A DNA stretch of 64,000 nucleotides from Takakia lepidozioides (lineage: Eukaryota > Plantae > Bryophyta): assembly GCA_030704615.1 (NCBI GenBank), contig CM060734.1, forward strand, positions 12,524,001-12,588,000, in the 5' to 3' direction. A model generated the notes under the pieces. That model was not told where the DNA came from. It did not search any database and saw only the letters and a program-made list of their open reading frames with translations. Shown one piece after another: positions 52,412-63,786 of the stretch. The first letter of the stretch is position 1; each line of letters starts with the position of its first letter. A program made the position numbers and the translations under genes.

Positions 52412-53084
52412 TCGTATCTGTGAGTGCCAGATACGAGTTAGTTGTAGCACTTGTGGTTTTTGCTTGAGAATGAGAGAAACCAAGTTGTTATGCAAAGAGC
52501 ACAGTGGAGCTCTTGGTTGTTAGAAGCGGAGGCGATGTGGGTTACGAGGTGGTAGACCTTGGCATTCGATCTTCAGCTTTAGAGATGAAAGCACCATGCT
52601 GCAGGTAATTCCAGAGCACCTTGATGGTTTCAGATTGTGTACATGCATGAGCAAGCACGATTGGGAAGAGGACCAGTCAAGAGCAGGTTATAGTGGCTTT
52701 GGTGGCAAAGCTGAGAACTGGACTTGGGAATGCGAGCTTTCATTGTGTGAAGGATTGCAAGACCAAGCGAAAAGGCTGATTTGGCTTGGGGCAAATCAGT
52801 GCACTTTGTGGAGTATGGTGAGATTGGGTTTCAATCTCGAGCTTCAGCATTGAGAGGGCTCTTGTCATGGCAAGAGCAGGGCTGGAACAGGAGCTAAGGG
52901 GTGCGGCAAGGCCATGGAATGTGCACCTAGGGTTTCAGAGCTTGGAAGAAGAGCTCTTGCACCACAAGAGAAGTGTCTTGTGGCTGGAAATGTAAGCCTT
53001 AGGGTTTCAGGAGCTTGGCAAAGGCTGTGGAGTGCTTAGTCTTGTCTTAGAGAGCATCAAGGAGCCAAGGAGCCAAGATAGGGG

Positions 53085-54520
53085 GCTGATATCTCTTGTG
53101 TGAAGAGGTTGCATGTGTGGAGCATGTATTCAGCTCATTGAAGCTTTCATCTTCAAGCTTGGAGGGCAAGCAAGGAAGAGGGAAGGGCTGACTTCCCTTA
53201 TGTGAGGGCAATGCATGTGTGGAGCATGCTATCAGCCTGGTGAAGGCTTGCACTTTCAGGTGTGGGAGTGCAAGAAAGGAAGGAAGGGGCTGGTTTCCCT
53301 GTAGGCCATATGGAGCATGCTTTCAGCCTGCTGAAGCTTGTATTTTCAGGTTTGTGGGTGCAAGAAATGAAACAAAGAAGCTGATTCTCTTATGGTGAGA
53401 GTGGGGCATGTGTGGAGCATGCCTTCAGCCCATTGAGGCTCTTGTTTTCAAGCTTTAGAGAGCTAGAACGAAAGGTCTAGGGCTGGTTTCCACTTGGAGT
53501 GAAAGAAAAGCACTTGTAGGGCCTATGTGAGTTGGGGTTTCAACTTCAAGCTTGAAAGGAGCGCAACTCTTGAAGCAGCAGGTGTAGGGGGCTGGAATAG
53601 GCTCTAAGACAGATGCTATGGCCAAAGAGAGTGCTTGAATGAGTGCTCACAAGGGCTGGGAACCAGCAGGGCTTGGTTGTTTGCCATTGAGTTTAGTGGC
53701 GTGTTTGGGGAGGCTAAGTGAGAAAGAAGGCTTGGTTTGTGGCAACCACCTCATGGCTTAGGGCTACTATGGTGGTGTGTGGGAGCCGAAAGAGCAAGAA
53801 TACCTTGCTGATTTCCTCACAACCGCCATAGCTCGGTGGAAAGAAGCCTAGAGTCCAAGAGACACAAACCCTAGCTTGGCGTGGCTAAACCCCTTGGAGA
53901 AATGGCTAAACTGCCAGAGCGGCCATGGATGGGGCTATGACAGGCTGTGAGGGGCTGTGCCGGTGGCCTTCGGGGCTGTGACGGGCTGTGAGGGCCTGTG
54001 AGGGCCTGTGCCGGTGGGTTGTGACGGGCTGTGAGGGCCTGTGACGGGCTGCGCCGGTGGCCTTGGGGGCTGTGATGGGCTGTGAGGGGCTGTGCCGGTG
54101 GCCTTTTGGGGCTGTGACAGGCCGTGCTGAGGCCTTTGGGGTTGTGATGGGCTGTGAGGGGCTGTGTCAGGCCGTGCCTGAGGCCTTCAGGGCTGTGATG
54201 GGCTGTGAGGGACTGTGACGGGCTGCGCCGGTGGCCTTCGGGGCTGTGACGGGCTGTGAGGGCCTGTGAGGGCTTGTGCCGGTGGCCTTCGGGGTTGTGA
54301 CGGGCTGTGAGGGCCTGTGACGGGCTGCGCCCGTGGCCTTTAGGGTTGTGATGGGCTGTGAGGGGCTGTGACAGGCCGTGCCTGAGGCCTTTGGGGCTGT
54401 GAGGGGCTGTGGCGAGCTGTGACGGGCTATGAGGGGCTGTGACAGGCTGTGCCCAGTGGCCTGTGGGGCTGTGACGGGCTGTGACAGGCTGTGCCCAATG
54501 GCCTGTGGGACTGTGACGGT
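53085..54520 (+). repeat. 5'-leader repeats: ~100-bp unit x4 (53085-53500) and GGGCTGTGAC/G minisatellite (53931-54520)
   Basis: GCATGTGTGGAGCATG at 53111, 53213, ~53305, 53406; dozens of 10-12 bp GGGCTGTGA units. Confidence 0.85.
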
Positions 54521-57500
54521 TGTGACCAGTGAGCTAGGTGGGCCTGTGCTGGTCTGTGGTGGCCCGTGTTGACCTGTGGACGGCCTGTGTTGACTCATGG
54601 AGGCACTGGTGGACTGTCTAAGGACTGGCATGTGGTCTTGAAGGCCGAATTTTTGAAGCTCGTGGAGGGCGGTTTGAGGAGTATCTTCATGATATTCCCA
54701 TGGTCATGCAAGTGAGGGAAGAGAGGAGATGAAGAGTGTTGGGATGAGGGCATGCTGGGGTTAGGCATTGCTTTAGCTTCTCTTCCTCGTAGTTTCCACC
54801 CTCTCATTAGGCCAAGACCTTTCCGTAGGTGGAGGCAAGAGTTAGTCCGGGTTTGGGCTGGGGTGTCCTTGCAGGAGCAACACCGTGGAGTTGTTTTTGG
54901 TGTGGGGGAGTCGTCGTTCTGATTTCTTGTGTTTGGATCCCCTCCATACCTGCATGCTTGACTGTGCGCCATGCTAGTTTTGTGTGGGCGCTTGTTTTTA
55001 TAGGTGATTGGTCCGGATTTGATCACCGGCCAGTCCTAGAGCATGCTGTCGATGGTGAGGCTGGGGTGATGACCAGCCAGACCATCATTGTTTATCCTGT
55101 GGTGAGGTTGGAGGTGATGACCAGCCAACCATAGGAGTGCTTGCGGTGGATGCAGGTATAGGTGTAGGCTATGTTAGGAACTTAGTATTCCAAACCATAA
55201 GCCGCAACAGGTTCTCTACCCGGTTACCTTGTGGAGAGGGGGTTAGGGACATGTTCATGACCGGTTGAGTGTCAACATGGAGGTGCCACTAGTTGCTGGG
55301 GACAGTGCCGGTTCGAGCACTAGCGATACTAGTGGGTACACGAGACGAGGTGTGCGGTTTAGGCCACCTTCACCTCCTGTGTCTTCTACGGAAGGTTCTG
55401 ATTCGGATTGTGAATCAGGAGGACTCATACCGGCGGTGCAAGTTGTTTCTTTGCCATTGTTGTGGGACACAATGGAGGAGATGTATGGAGCTACCAAGGG
55501 GCCACGAAGGTACTCTGGGGCGGTGGGCACCATCGAGTTGGATGATTTTATCCAAGAGTTTGATAGTTGGTGTGATTTGCAGCAAATGCGCAATCCACAA
55601 CTATTTACGCCTTTCATGGCATGGAAGGGGCTGTTCCAACACCTTGAGGGGCCGCCTATGGATGATTACCATGAGTTCAGGCGGGGGCATGAGGTTGAGA
55701 TCGAGGAGTGGAGGATGTACTGGTCACCCGACTATGTCTCCATCACTAGGGGCACTGGAGCCACGAGGGCAGTGGCTACACCTGCCGCTGCACCGGCAGC
55801 TTCAGCAAGTAGCAGTGGGACTGGTGGGACTGGTGGTACAGTAGCTACGACGTCCACCCAAGCCACTACCGCACCAGCACTAGCACCCGTGCCTGCCTTC
55901 AACCCTGTTGTGGAATTCTTTGAAGAGTTGAGAGGGAACTACCAAGGGGTGAGGACAGAGAAGTTGCGGAGCTTGCAAGAGTTCCAACGGAAGCCGACCG
56001 AGAGCTTGAGGGAGGCTTTCACTCGCATGAGGCGCTTGATAAATGTAACCCAAGGGGTTACGGAAGCTCAGGCAGTCCAATTCTGGTACGGGATATTGGA
56101 CAAGGAGCTGAGGAGAAGGGTGCGGGATGCAACTCTCCTACAAGCGGCCCAACCCACCTTAGCAAATGTGTTTTTGCTGGCAGAGCGGATAGAGCTCAAC
56201 ATGGTGGAGGAATGAATGGTCATGGTGGGATTTGCTAAGGAGACACCACGGGGTAGTGGTGCTCCTAGCCAACCACTACCTCAACGTGCTCAAGGCAACA
56301 AGGGGGCTCAAGTGAAGCTCAGGGAAGGGCAGAGAGGACCTCAGATGTAGGGGTCTCTCCCTTCATTTGCTGGCCAACAACGGGCGGATGTGGTGTGCTG
56401 GACATGTGGAGGACCCCATGTCAAGAAGGATTGCCCAGAGGGAGGCAAAGGGCCGGCACATGCACAGCTTGCACAGTTGCAGTGTGGGCATTGTGGCAAG
56501 CACGGGCATGGAGAGGCCTACTGTTATGGTTTGCATCCTGAGTTGCGCCCAGGCCAGTTCAAAGGGAACAATGGTGGCCGGGGGCGAGGTGGAGCAGCCC
56601 AGAGAGGACGAGGTGGCCAGCCACGAGGTGCAGGCCAAGGGCAAGCTCAACATGGCCAAGGATGCGGAGGTCAGGGTGTTGACCAAGGCATGGCCAACCG
56701 GCTTCAGCAGCTAGAGCAGAGGCTCGCTGCCATGGCTACAGCCTAGGTGGTACCGGCTCCAAGGCCGGATGGTCCACCTCCTGCTCCTGAGGGAGGAGAT
56801 ATGGGAGGCATGGGATTCATGTGTGGAGCAGCACTACCACTAGTGCAGGTGGAGTCTGCTGCAGCCGTGACTCGAGGAGCAGCACGAGTTCCTGAGCCAC
56901 GAGGTGCAGACGTGGAGTTGGATCCACAACGTGGGGAGGCAAGCCGTCAGGCTAGGCTTCCTTAGTCATTCACATTGGCGGAGACAGTGTCGACGCCATC
57001 CATGGCACCTAGTTCTCGCCCGACTGTTACCGAGGCGGAGGTTACTATGCCATTGGGGAGAGCTACACAGGTAGCACCACTACCTAGTGTTGTCAAGGCT
57101 ACGGCAGCTAGTGTGCTGCTAGGAGCGGCCACATCTGTGTGCCAGGCTCCATTGTTCTCGGCTACCATGATTGCGACGCCGGGGGTAAGACCAGCTGAGG
57201 TGTTCAGGCTGGCAGCTACACTCTGTGAGAGTGGGGAAGTTACTTCATCTTCTGCGGAGATAGTGGGAGGTGTAGTGCCGGAGGGATCCTCGGATTTGAG
57301 GGTCAAGACTGCCACGGCGGCGCCATGGCAAGCTGCAGCTGCCAGGTTGATGGAGCTGCTAGCTAGGCCAGCCATTGAGCGCGCCATGGTGACACCTGGA
57401 GTTGTCATGTTAGACAACCAGGATGACATTTTCTGTTTGAGTGGACCGGCAGGCAAGAGGTACCGGCCACTGCGGGTCTTGTTGGACTCGGGAACTCAGC

Positions 57501-58192
57501 CATTGATGCTGGGCAGAGCTGCTATTGTAGGCTTGGGCCTCACGGAGGCGGATATGGAGCCTTGTCCTTTCCAGATACAGACGTCTCTGGGAGAATCGGA
57601 GTAGGCTCGGGGCATGACACGGCGTGAGTTGGCTATCAGACTACGGCCGGATCACCCTACAGATGGCTTAGTGATGCGAGCCAAGGCCATTGTGACAGAC
57701 GCGGTCTCATACGATGTCCTGGTTGGTGGGGCAGTGTTGTACCCCATGGGCTTCACCCTGGATTTTTGGGAGGAGTCTGCTTCCTATAGGCCTGCATGGC
57801 AGTTAGGGGAGGGCCGGCGTGTGCAGCTCCCTGTGACGTTCATAGAAGGAGTTGCGGTTGCCCAACGAGGCAAGATGCCGACACTAGCAGCATTCACAAC
57901 GGCAGTGAGTTGGCCTAGAGAGTTGCTTGAGGGCAACGCTCATTCAGAGGATGTGCCACCTCCGGGAGAGCAAGATGATATGTATGGTATGGCGGAGTTG
58001 CCTACCATGGTTGCTCAGACTCCATTGTGGGGCACGAGCAAGGATTTGCAGCGGGATGCTGATCGACGGGTGCAACAAGCCTGGGTGGAGGCTTTTGTAC
58101 CGTCAGGAGAGGAGGAGAGTGCGGGGATTACACCAGGACCACCTCAGTTGTCTCCATTGGACACCACACCTATTGTGTGGCAGTATCCGGAT

Positions 58193-59160
58193 TGTGGCAG
58201 TATCCGGATGAAGGCATTTGTCTTCTGGACTTGTTTGGCGGGATCAGCACCCGATTGGCTGCTGTATTACAGGCAGGTGTACGAGTTCGGCGTTACCTGT
58301 ATGTGGAGAGGGATGAGACTACACGACGCGTTTCACTTCGCCATGTTGCTCAGTTGGTGCAGCGGTACCCTGAGTTATTGTCGGTGTCTGCAATTCGTGG
58401 ATATCAGCAGGCCTTGCCAGCAGACATTTCGTTGCTGGGGGCGTAGGATTTGGAACGGGTTGGCTCCATTGATCTGGTAGTGGCAGGTTGGCCCTGCCAA
58501 GGGCATTCATCAGCCGGGCATGGCAATGGATTGCGAGACTCGAGGTCGGGTCTGTTTTGGGAGATGGTGCGGGTTTTGCGCCACTTGCAGCTTCATCAAG
58601 CTGTATCTCCAGCATACATCTTGGACAATGTGCCACTGATGGGCAATTCTCGGGCCAGGGTGATGGCCAGTGTGCATCAAGTCCAGTCGTGGCTTGGGTC
58701 AGCAGTGTTGCTAGATGCAGCTACAGTGGGGTCACAGGCTCATCGTCCACGGCTATGGTGGACTAACTTGATACCACCCGCACTGCTCAAGCGTGCATTT
58801 GATGGGGTGCAGCGGCCAGCACATCTCACAGTGGATAGCATTCTGGACACAGGGAGGCAGTCTCAGCGTGTGAGATACGATGACCGTTCGCCTTTGGCAA
58901 TGGTCAACAAGGTGGGTCAAACACGAGCAGCATTACCTACACTGCTCAGCTTCCCAGGATCGCATGCTTTCCGGGATAGTGGACCTGGCCTCCTGTGGGA
59001 TGCTCAGTTGCAGCAGTTAGTGGAGCCTAATGCTGACGAGCGTGAGCGGGCAATGGGTTTTACCACTGGTACCACGGCGGTGTCGTCTCTTTCTGAGGCA
59101 TCACGTCGTCAAGTGTTGGGGCAAGCAATGGATCTCAATTGCTTGACCTGGATTATCAGC
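58193..59160 (+). pseudogene. C5-cytosine DNA methyltransferase domain (DNMT3/DRM-like motifs, unpermuted order)
   Basis: Motif I LDLFGGIS, II YVERD, IV AGWPCQG, V LFWEM, VI ILDNV (canonical ENV), VIII HRPRLWWTN, IX ERERAMGF, X RRQVLGQAM. One TAG at 58444. Confidence 0.93.
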
Positions 59161-62100
59161 TTGGCGCTGGCTGAGCAACGCAGAGTGCGGAGTACACTTC
59201 CCTCGATGGTCTCTCTGCCTACCGAGACGGTACAGGCAGTGAATAGAGGCGAGTATGTGAGGACCACGGGGTGCATGCATCCATGGCACACGTGGGAGGT
59301 GCTCGAGGTTCAAAGGGAGTTGGCAGCCAAGGCGGCTGTGATGGATGAGGTTGGGGATTCTTCTTGGGTTGAGAAGGTCCTCAAGGATGAGATGATGGGG
59401 CAGGATGAGGCCTTGTCATTGACTGAGCAGGCAGGGAGTACTGCTCAAGAGGTTGCAACATAGCAACCACTGGACGCGTCCTCTACCTCTAAGCCCACTG
59501 GACTTAAGGTTGCAGTTACGGAGGACAATTAGGAGCCTGACATTGGACCCATTGTCACCGGAGGAGAGAGACGACGTATACGGCGGTTCCTGAGGGTTTA
59601 CAAGAATTGCTTTGCCTTCAATTTGAAGGACTTGGGAGCACTGAAGGGTCAAGAGATCCGTATTGAGTTGGCCACTGACACGCCAATCTTTCGGAGACCC
59701 TATAGATACAGTGACATGGACAGGTCTTTGATTCAGATGAGGACTCAAGATCTCTGGGAGGCAAGTTTGGTGGAGCTCTCTGGTGGAGAGTATGCTTCAG
59801 CCACAGTGATGCCAACCAAGAAGGATGTCTATGGCAATTGGACGGAGAGACGTATGTGCCGTGATTACCGGCCTGTAAATCGTCAGACCAAGTCCGATAA
59901 GTATGCCATGCCAACACCAGAGGAGATCTTTGATGCCATCGGGCATGCTAAGGTCTTTAGCACTTTGGATTTACGATCCGGATATCACCAGTTGCCAATC
60001 AAGGAGGTGGACAAGCAGAAGACGACATTCTGGGGGATCAATGAGCACAGAAAGGATTGTCTATATCAGTGGCGGTTCTTACCATTTGGGCTTAAGAATG
60101 CTCCTGCAGAGTTTCAGAGAGTCATGGATAGGATTCTAGCAGGGGTGGACTTTGCTCGGTGCTATATAGATGACATCATCATCTTTAGTGTTACGATGGA
60201 GGAGCATGAGAGACACCTTCAGGTGGTATTGGAGCGCTTGAAAGCGCACGGATTGAAGTTGCATCCGGGGAAGTGCAAGTTTTTCCACAACCAGATTGAG
60301 TATCTTGATCACATGATATATCCTGGAGGATTGGGGGTACAGCAGACTAAGGTAGAGGCCATTGCACAAATTCCACGCCCCACGGATGTGAGCCGAGTTC
60401 GAGCTTTCATGGGGTTGGCAAACTATTATAGACGGTTTGTCAAGGGATTTAGTACCATTGCAAAGGCTCTAATCAAGCTGACCAAGGTGGACCAGGAGTG
60501 GCAGTGGGAAGATGAGTAGGAACGAGCTTTTCAAGAGCTCAAGGCGAGGTTGACCTCGGCGCCTATCCTGAGACGACCTATCAGGGGGCGTCCCTTTCAG
60601 CTGCATACGGATTGGAGCATGCTGGGGCTTGGAGCGGTGCTCACACAGGTGGATGAAGAGGGAAGAGAGTTTGTAGTGGCTTATGTTAGCCGCTCGAACA
60701 ACGCTGCAGAGGCTAAGTACAGCTCATATGAGGGAGAGTGCTTAGCTGCAGTGTGGGCCGTGGCACACTTCAGGTGCTATCTATACGGCAATCTTTTCAC
60801 CCTTGTCACGGATCACCAGCCACTCAAGTGGTTGATGGAGTCAGACAAGCTTACGGGGAAGCTTGCACGGTGGGCACTCATACTCCAGGAGTATGACTTT
60901 CAGGTTGTGCATCGACCAGGTTTGGTCAATCGGGATGCGGATGGATTGAGTCGCAATCCATGCATGAGCCAGCAGGATGACACTGGAGCTCGGTGGCATG
61001 GTGAGACGGACGAGGAGATGGTGCCGGGATGACACGCATCTGTATTTTTGTGTATCTTGGCATCGGGAGGTCAGGTTGGACCTACAACAGGGATGACTGT
61101 AGACGGAGTGTCTGAGGACCCTGAGGCTAGTGATGAGCCAGGTGGTGCCAGAGATATACATGAGGATTTGGCTGTGTTGGACTACCTCTGCACGGGAGAC
61201 ACGACAGCCACTGTGACTGCCAGGGAGAGGGATCAGATCCTGCAAGGAGCCAAGAGGTTCAAGTGGGAGGGGATACACCTACTTCGAGTGTGGGAGGATG
61301 GTCGGGTGAGGATTGTGCCTCACCCCACACAGCGTGCACGGTTAGTGCGGCATGCCTATGAGGAGTTGGGGCATTTTGGAGTGCGACGCACTCACAGTTT
61401 ACTGCAGGGGCAGTATTGGTGGCGTGGTATGCATACAGAGGTGCAACAGTTCGTGGCTAGGTGCATGGTGTGTGACAGGGTGCGTGCTTCATTCAACGCC
61501 CCTACACCACAGTTGCATCCTTTACCAATCATGGGATTGGGCTACAGGTGGAGTCTTGACTTCGCAAGACCGTTGCCACTGACTATGCGCCACCACAGAT
61601 ATGTGTTGGTGATGGTGGAGCACTTCTCCAAGTGGATTGAGTTGGTTCCATTGCCTGACAAGGCTAGTGAGGGGGCTGCGTATGCATTCTTGGATCGTAT
61701 GCTTAGCCGATTTGGTGCTCCAGCTGAGGTACTCACGGACCAAGGGAGAGAGTTCTTGGGGGAGTTTCAGGCTTTGTGTGATAAAGCCTTGATAGACCAC
61801 CGCACCACTTCTCGGGATCATCCTGAGGCCGATGGCTTGGCAGAGAGAGTCGTTCAGACGGTGAAGAGGGGTTTTCGCAAGTATGGCTTGCAGAAGAGAC
61901 ACCTAGGAGATTGAGATCTTTAGGTTCCTTGGTTAGCCATGGGCTACAGGTTCAGCAAACAAGCATCACATGCCTCCTTCTCACCATATTTCCTTCTCTT
62001 TGGCCGAGAGCCGGATTTGCCTGCAGCCATTCGTAGGGACACTGCTCAAGTCCTTAACCTTGACGATCCGGACGTGTGGGTACGTGCATGTGATCAGCGT

Positions 62101-62453
62101 GCAGAGTTGTTCAAGAAAGTCATGCCCATGGCTTTTGAGAACCTTGCCATTGCACAGCACCGTGATACGTTGAGATATGCTACTATACGTGGTGGAGGAT
62201 ATCGTCCTGGGGTGCGGAGGTTTAGCCCTGGTGACTATGTTTATTTGCAACAGACTGCTCCTACGACTTTGGATGTTACTGCAAGGCGTGTTATTCTGAG
62301 GGTTCAAGAGGTGTTGCCCTCAGGATTCCTGATCTTGGAGGGTCAGGATGGCATGACTTGGAAGACCATGTGCGTAATTGTGCGCTATGTCACCTTCCCA
62401 ATGTCGATGGCAGAGTTGACCCAAACTTGGCAGTGGTACCTGCAGGTTTGAGG

Positions 62454-62597
62454 TGCATGCTCTGTGGGTCTGCCAAAGGGGCAGCCACCATGCTGGTGTG
62501 TGATCGATGCTCAAGGGGTTGGCATATGGGATGCTTGACACCACCTCTTGAGAAGGTTCCTGACGGAGATTGGTTGTGTCCACATTGCTTGGGATAG
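62454..62597 (+). other. PHD finger (C4HC3) at the integrase C-terminus
   Basis: CMLC...MLVCDRCSRGWHMGCLTPPLEKVPDGDWLCPHC, followed by the natural stop. Confidence 0.93.
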
Positions 62598-62846
62598 TGG
62601 CAATGGACATGACTAGAGGCAGCTAACAAGACATGGGAGGCCAAGCTCATAGGAGTCAATACATGAGATCCCAAGCTCAAGTTCATAGGTTGCAAGACGG
62701 CGACTAACGATGGGGCAACTCTTGCACCCGGCCTCTTGATCTATCGAGTTTGAGTGTAGTAGGGATAGTGGTGGAGGACTTAGTGAGGCTATGGTCACTA
62801 TCACATCTTGTGGCTACTTGGACTTAGAGGGACCTAAGCACCAGCT

Positions 62847-62856
62847 AGGGGGGCGA
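62847..62856 (+). promoter_or_regulatory. Polypurine tract
   Basis: AGGGGGGCGA immediately before (T)TGTGTGG, the start of B1. Confidence 0.8.
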
Positions 62857-62857
62857 T

Positions 62858-63507
62858 TGTGTGGACTAGTGACTGCCATAGTGGGCAGCCTAATGACTGA
62901 CTAGCTGTAGCCTAGTGGTTGGACTAGTGGTATACTAGTGTGTGGTGTGCACATGTGTTGTGTGGTTTTGGACAGCGATGTAGTTGTGTAGCGATATGTA
63001 TGCGCACGACAGCTGTCAAGTTATTTTACCACTAGTGTGAAACTAGCTAGGAAATAGCTAGCTTTTACATATTGATATTTGGGATTGGCCCAAGTGTCAA
63101 TCCAAGGGTCAAGGCAGATTTAGGCCCTGGAGTGGTTATCTTCATGGCAAGCGCAGGAGGCTCATCTTTCTCGAGTTGAGCCTTGCCGCGCCTAGCTATG
63201 GCGCCGTAGTGTGGATTCCCCATGGGGTGGGGTGCACTTGGCTTGACTTGTATTTGAGTGATGAGGTTATATATGCATGAGTTTATGCTTCAGCTTTATG
63301 AGCTCGCATGAGCTTGTGCTTGTATTCTTCTTCTTTATCATTGTGTGGACTAGTGACTGCCATAGTGGGCAGCCTAGTGACTGACTAGCTGTAGCCTAGT
63401 GGTTGGACTAGTGGTTGGACTAGTGGTATACTAGTGTGTGGTGTGCACATGTGTTGTGTGGTTTTGGACAGCGATGTAGTTGTGTAGCGATATGTATGCG
63501 CACGACA
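62858..63507 (+). repeat. 3' terminal block B1-GC-A2-T-B2
   Basis: B1 (154 bp) and B2 (166 bp) differ by one substitution and one extra CTAGTGGTTGGA. The B1/A2 junction is the palindrome GACAGCTGTC (63008-63017). Confidence 0.95.
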
Positions 63508-63786
63508 GGAAGGATAAGAGAACACTGAAGACGAAGGAATAGCCTTTGAGGCGAGAGAGCATCCATCAAGGGTTTTGGGTCAGTTCCAGCGCAAGGTGGT
63601 GAATGAAAGCTTTTTGGCTATGATGAATCCAGAAAGTCCACATTCAAAGGGGAGAAATCGAAATCATGGGACGTCCTCGTTTCTTTCCTGACTCAGGTAA
63701 CCACACATCTTTTTACTATGACATGAATGATTTGGTTTTAGCAATTCAAGGCTGCTTTTGACACTGTCTTCTGTTTTGTGGCACAT

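Larger units (their letters stand above)
55277..62597 (+). pseudogene. Single ancestral Gag-PR-DNMT-RT-RH-INT-PHD polyprotein (12 premature stops, 2 frameshifts)
   Basis: ATG at 55277. All ORF-track pieces from 55265 to 57614 share one frame, and those from 58177 to 61939 share a frame offset exactly by a 17-bp duplication (58176-58209). A 1-bp deletion near 62362 precedes the PHD. Zn knuckles CWTCGGPHVKKDC and CGHCGKHGHGEAYC; protease LLDSG; RT YIDD; RNase H LHTDWS; integrase SLDF/LTDQG/LAER. Confidence 0.93.
52069..63507 (+). mobile_element. Ty3/gypsy retrotransposon encoding a C5 DNA methyltransferase and PHD finger, with split (permuted) LTRs
   Basis: Termini TGTC...GACA; GGAA TSD (52065-52068, 63508-63511); repeats A1 52069-52395, B1 62858-63011, A2 63014-63340, B2 63342-63507; domain order PR-RT-RH-INT. 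Confidence 0.95.

Noticed and set aside
54167-54631. Mucin-like repetitive ORF on the minus strand
   Set aside because: Translation of the GGGCTGTGA minisatellite.
49745-59160. Bacterial contamination or a restriction-modification locus (two MTases, ParB)
   Set aside because: The amino-MTase has spliceosomal introns, the C5-MTase is in frame within a retrotransposon pol, and both are contiguous with plant TEs and PPR relics.
52069-63507. DIRS/PAT/Ngaro tyrosine-recombinase element, suggested by split direct repeats and a methyltransferase
   Set aside because: No recognisable tyrosine recombinase; the element has an aspartic protease, DDE integrase, PPT, TG..CA ends and a TSD.
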